Shown here one piece after another: positions 55,471-64,000 of a stretch of 64,000 nucleotides of DNA; the stretch's first letter is position 1; each line of letters opens with the position of its first letter. This stretch comes from a virus. The notes beneath the pieces are model-generated. The model ran no database searches. It was given only the letters and a program-made list of their open reading frames with translations, and had not been told where the DNA came from. The stretch is from positions 1 through 64,000 of the IMG/VR virus record IMGVR_UViG_3300005338_000001; one strand, given 5' to 3'. The translations under genes and the position numbers were made by a program.

Positions 55471-55543
55471 AGGTTACGGCTTCGGCTTCTGTGCCGCGTC
55501 AGTCGCGAACGGCAGCGCAGGTTGTGTGGGTGTGGTCATGGTA

Positions 55544-55780
55544 TTAGCAGGTCATGCAGTAGGCCATGCGGCCAAGTTCAGTCAGTTCGTAGCCCTCAAT
55601 GTGGACTGGAAACATACCTCCAAAAGACAGTACCATTGTCCGCTTCCTGACATACCCTTCCGTCGTGAGCGCGTCTGCGATTTTGCTCTTGGTTTGGAAC
55701 AGGTGGCAGCCGCCAGACAGCGCGCCGTTAATCTCGGCAGCGTATATCTTTTCCAGCATCTTCAGTTCTTGCTTTTTCAT
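55544..55780 (-). CDS. Hypothetical wHTH-like protein
   Basis: L..EGYV...YELTELGR. Confidence 0.55.
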   Translation of the reverse strand: MKKQELKMLEKIYAAEINGALSGGCHLFQTKSKIADALTTEGYVRKRTMVLSFGGMFPVHIEGYELTELGRMAYCMTC

Positions 55781-55992
55781 AGTATCAGCAGGTTCTCCTC
55801 AGTGCCGTCCAGTGCCCGCAGCAGCACCTTGCCGCCGGCGCGACGGTGACGCACAAGGATCGCCATGAGGGCACAGGATCGGCGCGTCGCTTCCGTGATG
55901 CTGATGTCGTCCAGCAGCCGGCACAGTTCGCCGAGCTGCTTGCGGTGCTGCTTGCTGATGTCCAGCGAGAGGCGGTGGAGGCGGGGTTTCAT
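55777..55992 (-). CDS. Ribbon-helix-helix-like regulator
   Basis: RLSLDIS....LGEL......ITEATRR. Confidence 0.55.
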   Translation of the reverse strand: MKPRLHRLSLDISKQHRKQLGELCRLLDDISITEATRRSCALMAILVRHRRAGGKVLLRALDGTEENLLIL

Positions 55993-56336
55993 GATTCCTG
56001 AATCTCCCAAATTTCTTCCGCAATTGTTTCGACCTTTTTCATGAACTCTGCCACATAGCGATCACGCCATTGCGGCGACAGGTATGCGAACAGCATCTCT
56101 TTGTGAGCGGTCGCGATGTCGTGTATCCACGGCACTTGCGTCGGCTCCACATAGGTCGCGCCAAGTCGGATTTGCTTCAGTGCATTATCCAGCCTTTTGC
56201 TTTGTCCAATCTCGGGGCGGGCGTTGTTGTGCGGATTCGCCTCGTCCATCCAAGGCTTAAATGCCGCGTCGAGCTTGTTGCGCAGATCGGTGTCTGCCTT
56301 GGCGTGTAGTTTGGCTGTCAGGGTTTCGGTGTTCAT
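55989..56336 (-). CDS. Hypothetical protein
   Basis: Operon packing. Confidence 0.55.
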   Translation of the reverse strand: MNTETLTAKLHAKADTDLRNKLDAAFKPWMDEANPHNNARPEIGQSKRLDNALKQIRLGATYVEPTQVPWIHDIATAHKEMLFAYLSPQWRDRYVAEFMKKVETIAEEIWEIQES

Positions 56337-56339
56337 TGG

Positions 56340-57212
56340 TTAGATCGTGTAGCTGGATGCCATTGCGCGAAGTCTGCGGGTCAGCGATGCGCCGGTCGTG
56401 TCCTCGGTGCCGCGTCGCGTGGCCTCGGCGCGCAGCCGCTCCTCAAGCTGCTTGCCGGTGGCATTGCTGGTGAAGCACGTAGGTCGCTCGAAAGCTTTCC
56501 GATCCTCAAGTAAACCGTAGAAATCTGTGAGCGTGGATTCGGTGAACCGCGACTTGTCCACGTCGTCGAGGAACAGGATCGGCACCGCTGCCCATTCGGC
56601 CAGCCATGCCTCGGCAGCCCGCGCGCCGTCCTCGTACGCGGCTGACATCGCTCGGCTGAGCTTCGCGCCGTGGATGGCGCGGACCTGTCGCCCGGCGAGG
56701 ACGTGTGGCTTCAGCATCGCGAACATGAGGCGAGTCTTGCAGTGTCCGGCGGGACCGACAAGCCCGAGTCCCTTGCGCCATACTTCCCAAGCGAGGATTT
56801 CTGCCACAGCCTGCGCGATCTCGATAGTCTCTAAACCGCCCGCGCCGATGCGCGACGGCTTGCTGCCGACTCGGTTCAGTTCCGCCACCATGCGGGCGGT
56901 GTCGCTGTCCCGGTATTCGGGCGGGCAGATAGCGTCAAACGCAGCATGGCGGGCATCCTGCGCGCACGGCACTGGCGTCTGTGCGGACTTCTCGGCTTCG
57001 TGCTTCGCGATGCAGTCCGGGCACCGCAGTACGCCGAACAGCGGGCGCTCGCCGCAATACATGACGCTGCCCTCGAACAACGTCTCACAGTCGCGGCACG
57101 TTCGCGTTTCGGTGCGGGTAGTGAGGTCGCCCTGCATGATCGGCACGCGCGGGCGGTGAGCCTCCTGAGCCTTTAAGCCAGCGAGTCGGTCGGCTTCGCG
57201 TTCGTCGTGCAT
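56340..57212 (-). CDS. DnaC/IstB-like AAA+ helicase loader
   Basis: Zn motif CRDC/CPDC, PPEYRD, Walker A GPAGHCKT, Walker B ILFLDD, FTSN, RRL; follows the initiator. Confidence 0.85.
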   Translation of the reverse strand: MHDEREADRLAGLKAQEAHRPRVPIMQGDLTTRTETRTCRDCETLFEGSVMYCGERPLFGVLRCPDCIAKHEAEKSAQTPVPCAQDARHAAFDAICPPEYRDSDTARMVAELNRVGSKPSRIGAGGLETIEIAQAVAEILAWEVWRKGLGLVGPAGHCKTRLMFAMLKPHVLAGRQVRAIHGAKLSRAMSAAYEDGARAAEAWLAEWAAVPILFLDDVDKSRFTESTLTDFYGLLEDRKAFERPTCFTSNATGKQLEERLRAEATRRGTEDTTGASLTRRLRAMASSYTI

Positions 57213-57215
57213 GGA

Positions 57216-57959
57216 TCAAAACCCCCCCGGTTCAAACTCGCGTTTAGGAACTGTCGCGATGGTTTGTGCATTTCCAACTGCTCGGTTGAGCCAGTTTGTA
57301 AAAAAGATTCGTGTGCATTGGCGATTCTTGTTCTTACACCAAAGCTGCGCTCGTTCGAGTTCGTGTCGGACGTTCAGGCTTTTGTATGCCTGCATCGCTT
57401 CAATGCCGACGATCCATTCCTCATCCGTCTGGTTTGGCTTCTTCGCTCTCGCTTCCCCTTTCGGCTTTGCCGATGGGGTATGCTGCGGAGCAGCTAAACC
57501 GGAATCGGGTACTTCTTTGTTTGCTTCAGAGTTTGCTTTTGCTTCTGCTTTCAGGGTGTCGGGCGTTACTGTCCCGTTACTGTCCGTCACATCGGCGTTA
57601 CGGTCACGCCACCGTTTTTGCCTCCGTGCGTTCGCGTTTAGCGTGTCCGCCGTAGAGGCTAACTCCCTGTATTTTCGGAAATTGAGCAGTTCCCAACCTC
57701 CGTCAATCTTTACGATCCTCCGCCCCTCGTTGTCAGGCGTGCGTGAGTACTGATCCGGCGACAGAAATGCCGTGACGGCCTTCTCGCAGTCTTCGAGCGG
57801 CACGCCCGCCAATCGGGCGAGTCCCGGCAGGCTGGCGTGAACCTCGCCGTTCTTATCCGCCAGTGCCAGCATGGTGATCCACACGATGCGCGTGCGGTCG
57901 GACTCAGCCCAAATCGTAGAGGTCACGATGGTCGAAAAGAGCTTCGTGTAGTTGGGCAT
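57216..57959 (-). CDS. Phage replication initiator protein
   Basis: YTKLF..I..STIW, WITMLALAD..G wHTH region, RQKRWR, low-complexity linker, FFTNWLNR C-terminal motif; upstream of the loader. Confidence 0.75.
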   Translation of the reverse strand: MPNYTKLFSTIVTSTIWAESDRTRIVWITMLALADKNGEVHASLPGLARLAGVPLEDCEKAVTAFLSPDQYSRTPDNEGRRIVKIDGGWELLNFRKYRELASTADTLNANARRQKRWRDRNADVTDSNGTVTPDTLKAEAKANSEANKEVPDSGLAAPQHTPSAKPKGEARAKKPNQTDEEWIVGIEAMQAYKSLNVRHELERAQLWCKNKNRQCTRIFFTNWLNRAVGNAQTIATVPKREFEPGGF

Positions 57960-57963
57960 ACCG

Positions 57964-58233
57964 TTACGCATAACGCCTCACCGTTACGGAGTCAACAGCA
58001 ATCTTTTCCTCATCTTCCTGCTCACGTGCATCCGACAGCAGCCTGAACCGGCACGCGCGGTAAAAGTCATCTGGGTTTCCGCCGACGAGTGAGATGGCCA
58101 GTACAGAGCCGAACAACTCCACCGCCATCACAACGTACACTTGGCCCTTGCGCGGCGCCAGATGTTCGTATCCGGGATCGGGAATCAGCCATCCCGAGTC
58201 GTCGATGCACAGCACTTTGGCGTTAGGAGTCAT
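57964..58233 (-). CDS. Small beta-barrel protein (paralogue of 61124-61408)
   Basis: KVLCIDD...KGQVYVV...RF. Confidence 0.55.
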   Translation of the reverse strand: MTPNAKVLCIDDSGWLIPDPGYEHLAPRKGQVYVVMAVELFGSVLAISLVGGNPDDFYRACRFRLLSDAREQEDEEKIAVDSVTVRRYA

Positions 58234-58380
58234 GGCGTCTTTTTCAACGGCTCGCGCACCTGCCCGCACCGCCGGCAACGGAACAGCGTCCAGTCGTGAT
58301 GCAGCCACACCGAGCGGATGCTTTGGAAGCACATGCGTGACGACAGGCGGATGCGGGCGAAGGTCGAGGGCGTCATGGTG

Positions 58381-58989
58381 TTAATTGTCGAACCAGAACA
58401 CGAGACGCGACTCACAGCCTTGTGCCTCGAAGCAGCGCATTGCCACAAGGATCGGCCAGTACTCCGTGATGTGTCGAAGTGAGGTTAGCTGCTCGTCATG
58501 CTCGGCACACAGCAGCGCGTCTGCCATCGCGGCGGGTGCAGTCAGTTGCTTGACGTTCACGGCGAATCCGCACCGATTGAGGTAGCCAGCAATCGCCAAC
58601 TCGAATTCATCAGCGGTCAGCCACGAGTGCGTGTGGTGATCGGAGTTCGTCACCCACGACTTACGCTCGTTCCGAATCACGTATTCGCAGTAGCCTTTGG
58701 CGACGCATTCCGCCGCGTGCTTTGGAGAGTAGTAGGACGATCCATCTTCGTGCTTATAGTCTTCGACCTGATTTTCCATGATGTAGATCGTGTTGTCGGA
58801 GAACGCCGCGAGGGCTGCATCCTTTGGCCACCCGCGCGGTTCTATGTGCGGCACATCGTCCAGTCGAACGCCAGCCATGAAGCCGAACATCCAGTAGTTG
58901 CGACCCGGGTTGATTCTTCCACCGAAGTCACTCCAGCCAGAGTTGCCCTTCTGTTTGTATTCAATGTAGCAGTGTATGTCGCATCCCAT
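58381..58989 (-). CDS. Phage hypothetical protein
   Basis: MGCDIH, RNY.MFG.MAGVR, PRGWP.D, HTHSWLT, RLVFWFDN. Confidence 0.75.
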   Translation of the reverse strand: MGCDIHCYIEYKQKGNSGWSDFGGRINPGRNYWMFGFMAGVRLDDVPHIEPRGWPKDAALAAFSDNTIYIMENQVEDYKHEDGSSYYSPKHAAECVAKGYCEYVIRNERKSWVTNSDHHTHSWLTADEFELAIAGYLNRCGFAVNVKQLTAPAAMADALLCAEHDEQLTSLRHITEYWPILVAMRCFEAQGCESRLVFWFDN

Positions 58990-58992
58990 AGG

Positions 58993-59235
58993 TTACGTCG
59001 TCGGCTTGGGTTTCAGTTCCTCGGCGCTGAGGCGGTCGCGCAGTTGCCGAATGTGCTGCTCGCAGAACTCCAGCGTTGCGCGGTCGCCGCCTCGGACTCC
59101 GTGCAGGTGCTCAGCCGCCAGCGTCATGCCGTGGCGCACGGCTTCGAGTTGCACGGCCCGCAGCGTCACGGTGTCGGCAACGACCCAGTTGTTGTGACCG
59201 AACATCTCGTCCATCCATTCTTCGGCCTGCTTCAT
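58993..59235 (-). CDS. Hypothetical protein
   Basis: ATGA-coupled. Confidence 0.45.
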   Translation of the reverse strand: MKQAEEWMDEMFGHNNWVVADTVTLRAVQLEAVRHGMTLAAEHLHGVRGGDRATLEFCEQHIRQLRDRLSAEELKPKPTT

Positions 59236-60578
59236 AGTTTTCCAGCCTCAAAGGCGATCCATGCGGCGAACTTTGCGATCTGTTCTCGCAGCTTTTGCGA
59301 CAGCGCTTCTCTGGATGCGTCGAGGACCGGCAGTTCCATGTCGCGGATGGTTGCGGCCAGCACGATCAACTTCTGTTTGTCCGGCGCGGCAGCCGCAGCC
59401 CGTTCCGCGGCCAGCTTGGCGGCAGTGGCGTCGGCCTCGCGCTTCCGCTGTGCCGCCAGTTCGGATTCGGCGCGGTCACGGGCTTCAGCATCGGCCAGCA
59501 TACGGGCTTTCAGCGCTGCCTCTTTCTCGGCAGCTTCGTCGCGTATCCGCTTCGCCTCCGCGTCGGCTCTGTCCTGTGCCGCCCTGGCCGCGGCTGCCGC
59601 TTCGGCGCGCTCCTTGGCCAGCTTGCGCTCGTTCTCGGCCCGTTCGGCTGCAAGGGCTTGTTCCTGTGCGAGCATCGCTCCGAGTCTCACCAGCGCATCT
59701 GTCTGGATGGACTGGGCCTCAGCCAACCGCTCTTGAAAACAATCGGGATTCATCCGAATGGACTCGACTGTTTTGATCACTGATGCCACCCCATCGTGTT
59801 CACAGCACGAAACAAGATCAGCTATGTGTTTTCCCATGTCGGACAGGGCCTTTTCGATCTTGAGGAGTCGCGCCGTTTCCTTGGCCTCTGCCTCCGCCTT
59901 GGCGAGACGTTCGGCTTCCTGCTTCGCCTTCTCGGCAGCCTCAGCGGCTTCCTTGGCCTCGCGGGCCAGCCGGTCCTCGTGCGCCACCTTCATGTCGGCG
60001 ATGAAGACGTTGCGCTCCGCTTCCGGCAGCAGGTGCAAGTTGAAGCTGGCGGGGTCGATGCCGGGCCGCAAGTACGGACGCGCAGCATCCTCACACTCTT
60101 GCTTCAGAGCCGCGAGCCGGGCGGCTTGTGCGCGTTCGGCGAACTTCTCCCGTTCCTCAAGATGTGCCTCAATGGGCTTGACCATGAACTCCAGCAGGTT
60201 GTAAACCCCTTGGATGGCCTTTCCGCGCATGATTGAATCGGCCTTGAGGCGGTCCTTCAGCTTTTCACCAGTCGTCCGCTGCTTGACGAGCGCGAGGCGC
60301 AGCTTGCGGTTCGCCTCCATTTCCTTGAGTTGCGTGGCGTCTTGCACATTCGGAGCGGACTTGGCCTTTTCGAGCAGGTCGTGAACCGTTCGGAAGATTG
60401 GCGCGAAGGATTCGATCAGCCCTTGGGCGGTCGCGAGTTCCACACCGCTGTCTTTGACGGTGGTTTCGAGTTGCACGATTTCGGCAGGCTGTGGTTCGCA
60501 CGCGCCTGCACCTGTGATCTGTTTCGCGGCTGCGAGGGATGCGTCTGTGACTGGTTCGGTGTCAGTTTGAGTTGGCAT
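59232..60578 (-). CDS. Long coiled-coil protein of the recombination module
   Basis: 448 aa, A/E/R/K-rich, ending AAPDKQKL. Confidence 0.65.
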   Translation of the reverse strand: MPTQTDTEPVTDASLAAAKQITGAGACEPQPAEIVQLETTVKDSGVELATAQGLIESFAPIFRTVHDLLEKAKSAPNVQDATQLKEMEANRKLRLALVKQRTTGEKLKDRLKADSIMRGKAIQGVYNLLEFMVKPIEAHLEEREKFAERAQAARLAALKQECEDAARPYLRPGIDPASFNLHLLPEAERNVFIADMKVAHEDRLAREAKEAAEAAEKAKQEAERLAKAEAEAKETARLLKIEKALSDMGKHIADLVSCCEHDGVASVIKTVESIRMNPDCFQERLAEAQSIQTDALVRLGAMLAQEQALAAERAENERKLAKERAEAAAAARAAQDRADAEAKRIRDEAAEKEAALKARMLADAEARDRAESELAAQRKREADATAAKLAAERAAAAAPDKQKLIVLAATIRDMELPVLDASREALSQKLREQIAKFAAWIAFEAGKL

Positions 60579-60849
60579 GGGTCAGGGTTGTTGGTTTCAA
60601 AGATTCTTTTCGTTTCTCGCGCAGCCACATGGCGCGAAGGTGCGGCGTCATCAGTCCGGTGCCCTCGCACCAGTCGCATTCAATGAACGGACCTTCGCCG
60701 AAGTCCAGCACTGCCTCGACCTCGCCACCTGCGCCACCGCAGTCCTGACACACGAGCTTGTGCGGCAGCGACGCAACGAAGCGTTTGTAGCGCAGATGAT
60801 GCTGCCAGTGCCGCCAGTCCAGTTGCGCGTAGTCCGTCACGGCGCTCAT
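60562..60849 (-). CDS. DnaJ-type Zn-finger-like small protein
   Basis: CQDCGGAG...CDWCEGTG. Confidence 0.6.
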   Translation of the reverse strand: MSAVTDYAQLDWRHWQHHLRYKRFVASLPHKLVCQDCGGAGGEVEAVLDFGEGPFIECDWCEGTGLMTPHLRAMWLREKRKESLKPTTLTHANSN

Positions 60850-61127
60850 ACATGATCCTCCAGCGCTTCCTTGAACGTGATGCCGGGCTTGTCGGCCTCC
60901 GCGACCGGAACGGCGTTGCAGATGGCCTTAAGGCGTGCGACTTCGGCGCGAAGGTCGTCGTTCTGGTTGCAGGCGTCCGCCAGTTGTGCCGCAAGGCCCA
61001 CCGCCGCCTGCTCCATCGCGTCCCGCTCCTGCTCGGCTTTCCTCAGCGCGGCCAGGGCTTCGTCGCGTTCGCAGACCGGGCACTTTCCAACTGTGAAGTA
61101 ATGGGCTTTAGGACAGGGCGTGTTCAT
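60846..61127 (-). CDS. Hypothetical coiled-coil protein
   Basis: CPKAH..CPVC followed by a coiled coil. Confidence 0.5.
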   Translation of the reverse strand: MNTPCPKAHYFTVGKCPVCERDEALAALRKAEQERDAMEQAAVGLAAQLADACNQNDDLRAEVARLKAICNAVPVAEADKPGITFKEALEDHV

Positions 61128-61408
61128 ATTGAAGATACCATTTCCGCTACGGCTACAACACTGCGCTTCTCTGGTTTGACGAAGCGACTCGCTACTAGGC
61201 CATGCTCGCATTGCCACCACTCACTAAAGAGACCTGTGATTCCAACTACCCACACGCCCCATCCGAATCCAGAAATGAACAACATGTCGCGGACACAGTA
61301 GGTGCGCCCTTTCACTGGAAGTTCACTGAGATACTTACTCGCCTGTGGAGGAAGTTTATCGTCCACACACACCACCTTGTCGCCAACAGTGTAGTTCGGT
61401 TGAATCAT
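61124..61408 (-). CDS. Small beta-barrel protein (paralogue of 57964-58233)
   Basis: VGDKVVCVDD...KGRTYCVR...RF. Confidence 0.6.
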   Translation of the reverse strand: MIQPNYTVGDKVVCVDDKLPPQASKYLSELPVKGRTYCVRDMLFISGFGWGVWVVGITGLFSEWWQCEHGLVASRFVKPEKRSVVAVAEMVSSI

Positions 61409-61755
61409 GCTTCAGTCTCCAGTTTCGGCGGCTCGGTCCTGAACGCCAGCGACAGCAGCCTCGGATCGCCCAGCACGTTCAATTGCTCGACCTTCACCCA
61501 CTCCGGAGACCACCCAAAGCGCGGCACAGTCCAGCACCACACGTCTCGGCCCTCAGCGAGCGCTGTCACGAACGGCAGTATACCAAGCGCCTGCTCCGGT
61601 TCCATGTAGGCTGCCGCCAGCTCAATCGCCGCGAAGTCCCGCACGTCCACATCGCCGAACCGTTCGCGGCGCTCGCGCTCGGCGTCCAGCTTCGCGGCAG
61701 CGGCGTCGCGCTGTAGCTGGAAGGCGTCTCCGGTGCTGTGGCAGTGCTGGGGCAT
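61405..61755 (-). CDS. Hypothetical protein
   Basis: Operon packing. Confidence 0.5.
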   Translation of the reverse strand: MPQHCHSTGDAFQLQRDAAAAKLDAERERRERFGDVDVRDFAAIELAAAYMEPEQALGILPFVTALAEGRDVWCWTVPRFGWSPEWVKVEQLNVLGDPRLLSLAFRTEPPKLETEA

Positions 61756-61758
61756 TGG

Positions 61759-62172
61759 CTACTTTTGGTCAGCAGGCTTCTCGCACGGGATGCCGAAAGG
61801 ATTGGCTTCATCAAAGTGCATCCACCGAGTCTTGCGCGTGATGTTGGCGGTCATTTCTGAATCGAATGGAATCATGCGATCTTCAAAGAATTGGAATCCC
61901 TTCTGCTTCCAAGTTGCAACAAATTGCTCGAAATCTATGCGACTGCCAATGACTTCAACTCGGAAGCGTCCACCGCCAAGCAGTCCATCCCAATAAACAC
62001 CCTGAGTGATAAACTCCCGCACGAACTCGCCATGCTTTGTCTTGAAGGCAACAGTCAAATCATGAAGCTCCATTTCCCACGGTTTCTGTGGTTCCTCTGG
62101 GTGATGCTCACGCGCAGTAAATTGAGGCGCTGGTTCTGGTTGTCCGAATAGCATTCTAAAAAAGGCGTTCAT
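61759..62172 (-). CDS. Hypothetical protein
   Basis: ATG 62172; operon packing. Confidence 0.5.
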   Translation of the reverse strand: MNAFFRMLFGQPEPAPQFTAREHHPEEPQKPWEMELHDLTVAFKTKHGEFVREFITQGVYWDGLLGGGRFRVEVIGSRIDFEQFVATWKQKGFQFFEDRMIPFDSEMTANITRKTRWMHFDEANPFGIPCEKPADQK

Positions 62173-62370
62173 AGTGTCAGTCCTCCACAATCGGCACTTC
62201 GCGCCAGCCCTGCTCGGTGCGGAACTCCAGCACATACGTGCCGTCGTCGCGTTCCCGCCACCGCAACGGAAGCTGAGTGTCGGTCGCCACAAGGGCCGTG
62301 ATGCGGACGCCGTTGTTGCGGTCCTCGCCTACGGTCTTGCGCTGTGGGGTCTTGGGCGGAAGCAGGGAGG

Positions 62371-62730
62371 TCACGTCAGATTGGCTTTGATGCTTTCGAT
62401 GATCTGCTCCATCCGCGTCTCGTAGAAGTGCTCGGCCAGCCCTTGCTCGCCTTGCTGCTTCCACAGCAGGAACAGCACGGCCCTGAGCCTCTGTGCCTGC
62501 GTCTTGCGGTCGCGCTCAGTCGTGACCTTCAGCGGCTCGGCCTCGCTGCCGTCGTGCGGCTTCACCGTCACGCAACAGGATCGCCCGTGCAACTGCATGA
62601 GTGCGCCGGCCTCGCTGGGGCGAAGCTCGGGAGTGATGACCTTGAAGGCGACGCTGTGATCAGCCCGCGAGGTGATGCTGCCCATCTCGCAGTGCAGGAT
62701 TTCCAGCGTGGTCAGGAGCGGAGGATTCAC
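62371..62730 (-). CDS. Hypothetical protein of the recombination module
   Basis: KTQAQRLRAVLF..W.Q..FYE..ME. Confidence 0.6.
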   Translation of the reverse strand: MNPPLLTTLEILHCEMGSITSRADHSVAFKVITPELRPSEAGALMQLHGRSCCVTVKPHDGSEAEPLKVTTERDRKTQAQRLRAVLFLLWKQQGEQGLAEHFYETRMEQIIESIKANLT

Positions 62731-62735
62731 AGGTA

Positions 62736-63473
62736 CTAGAAAGGTACGGAAAGATCGTCCAGTTCGGTGGTTTGCTTGTTCTCGTAGTCAATCGGAGGCT
62801 CCTCCAATGGCGGTTCATCAGAGTGCGCCGCCGTCTGCATCGTGACCTGTTCAGCCTTGGTCTTACCGAGGTACTTGGTCAGGTATTCCTGCAAGCCTTT
62901 GTCCAACTCGGTCGCGGCAGCGTCAGTCTCGGGCGTGGTGTCCTGAATGACGAACTTCGGGAAACGGAACGTGACCTTCCCCTTCTTGCCTTCGCCGAAG
63001 CCCGCGATGCGGATCGCCTTCTTCAGCACCTCTGAGGAATGTGCCTTTCGGAACTCGATCCAGGCGTTCAATGCAGCCCCGCGGAACGAAATGTTTCCGA
63101 GCGTCAGCGGCCCGCCTGCGTCCTTGTAGGCGCAGTAGAGGCTCGCGGTGAAGTTTCCACCGGCAGCGTTCACCCTGTCGCGGATGTTGGCGTAGAATCC
63201 CTGCGCGATCACGCCGCCCTTGAAGGACTTCACCACCATCACGTCAGCCTTTGTGTCCTTCACCTCGTTGGCGTAGATACCGCTGTCGCTGGCGTCGGAC
63301 CAGCCTTTGACTGTCGCGAGTTCGTCGAGCAGCAACCAGACAAACGGGAGCGCTACGGGGATGTTCTTTTTCTGCGCCCGGTCATAATAGGACAGGGTGC
63401 CGTGTTCGCCATTCCACTCAAAAAACTTGGCGGCTGGGTTCGAGGTGCGTTCGGTTGGGTTGGATCGTGACAT
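62736..63473 (-). CDS. Putative ssDNA-binding/annealing protein
   Basis: Beta-rich core with an acidic C-terminal tail ending DDLSVPF, like SSB C-termini. Confidence 0.6.
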   Translation of the reverse strand: MSRSNPTERTSNPAAKFFEWNGEHGTLSYYDRAQKKNIPVALPFVWLLLDELATVKGWSDASDSGIYANEVKDTKADVMVVKSFKGGVIAQGFYANIRDRVNAAGGNFTASLYCAYKDAGGPLTLGNISFRGAALNAWIEFRKAHSSEVLKKAIRIAGFGEGKKGKVTFRFPKFVIQDTTPETDAAATELDKGLQEYLTKYLGKTKAEQVTMQTAAHSDEPPLEEPPIDYENKQTTELDDLSVPF

Positions 63474-63500
63474 TGTATTTTTGGTTTGGTTGTTGAGAGA

Positions 63501-63824
63501 TTACTTTTCTTCGCCGCGCGTCGCCATCGCGACGCACTCGCCGAACGTGCTGCCGTAGGCCAGCAGCTTGAAGAACGGTGCGGAACCTTGGTAGTGTTGA
63601 ACGTAACCGTCGTTGTCGCGGACTCGGGTTTGCCACGGCTGCGTCACGACCGTGCCGAGCTGGCAGCGAAAGCCGTTGCCGCGGTTCTCCTGCTCGTTCA
63701 GTGGCGCGACGTAGCGGGCCGTGAGGCCGGTCAGCTTCTCGGCATCGACGGCACCGAGGCGCTGTTCGTGCGATGCGCCGTTCATGCTGACGAGCGGGGT
63801 GATGGTGTCGTGGTTTGTGTTCAT
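63501..63824 (-). CDS. Hypothetical protein
   Basis: 107-aa ORF upstream of the SSB-like gene. Confidence 0.5.
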   Translation of the reverse strand: MNTNHDTITPLVSMNGASHEQRLGAVDAEKLTGLTARYVAPLNEQENRGNGFRCQLGTVVTQPWQTRVRDNDGYVQHYQGSAPFFKLLAYGSTFGECVAMATRGEEK

Positions 63825-64000
63825 GTTTGGAATAGTCTAGACAGATTTGTGCTTCATAAGCAACAGCAACGCCGCGCCAGCCAACGACACTCCAATGAGC
63901 GCGATTGGAAAAATATACCACTTATCGTCTGTGGTGGCCTTGGGTGCGGTTGCGTTTCTTTCAGCGATTATTGCGGCAGCATTGTGATTGTTGTTGATCG

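Larger units (their letters stand above)
1..64000. mobile_element. Tailed dsDNA bacteriophage or prophage genome segment (both ends extend beyond the window)
   Basis: Terminase large subunit, portal-like and virion genes, RusA, phage replication initiator/loader, dense short overlapping ORFs in long co-directional blocks; no host housekeeping genes recognised. Confidence 0.93.

Noticed and set aside
58498-59736. Long plus-strand ORFs opposite the minus-strand genes (also 4162-4989, 16343-17302, 25672-26655, 53965-54894)
   Set aside because: Antisense shadows of GC-rich coding sequence with no motifs; the opposite strand has coherent coupled genes
1-64000. CRISPR array, diversity-generating retroelement or retron
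   Set aside because: No regularly spaced repeats, reverse transcriptase motif or template/variable repeat pair seen by eye
1-64000. Stop-codon reassignment in the phage
   Set aside because: Long genes (terL, portal, 1852-aa protein) are uninterrupted in code 11 and TAA, TAG and TGA all end genes at sensible positions

Overview
The whole window reads as part of a GC-rich tailed dsDNA phage (Caudoviricetes) genome or prophage; no host housekeeping genes were recognised. The left arm (about 1-26.5 kb, mostly minus strand) is the morphogenesis module: large terminase, probable portal, scaffold-like coiled coil, adaptor, large internal virion proteins and a peptidoglycan-binding protein. Four glycosyltransferase-like genes, a SAM methyltransferase and a Gly-X-Y (GYS/GSR) repeat protein are interleaved with it. 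An initiator-type tRNA-Met, an HNH gene behind a long structured non-coding leader, and a nested mobile-element cluster follow. In that cluster a tnpB is cut by an IS1595-family element, which is cut by a 3,255-bp IS1-family cargo transposon with perfect 19-bp inverted repeats (29368-32622). The transposon carries a membrane-anchored trypsin-like protease and an unusual tRNA with a Ser anticodon (GCU) on a body that has arginine identity elements and no long variable arm. The right half holds RusA, several DNA methyltransferases, a PAPS-reductase-like PP-loop enzyme, a 1.1-kb non-coding region with GTACGG repeats, a divergent promoter/operator switch, early genes and a replication module (initiator, DnaC-like loader, SSB-like protein). 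Many genes appear to be leaderless. No major capsid protein, integrase, lysin or CRISPR array was recognised. All calls come from reading motifs by eye; no database search was run.
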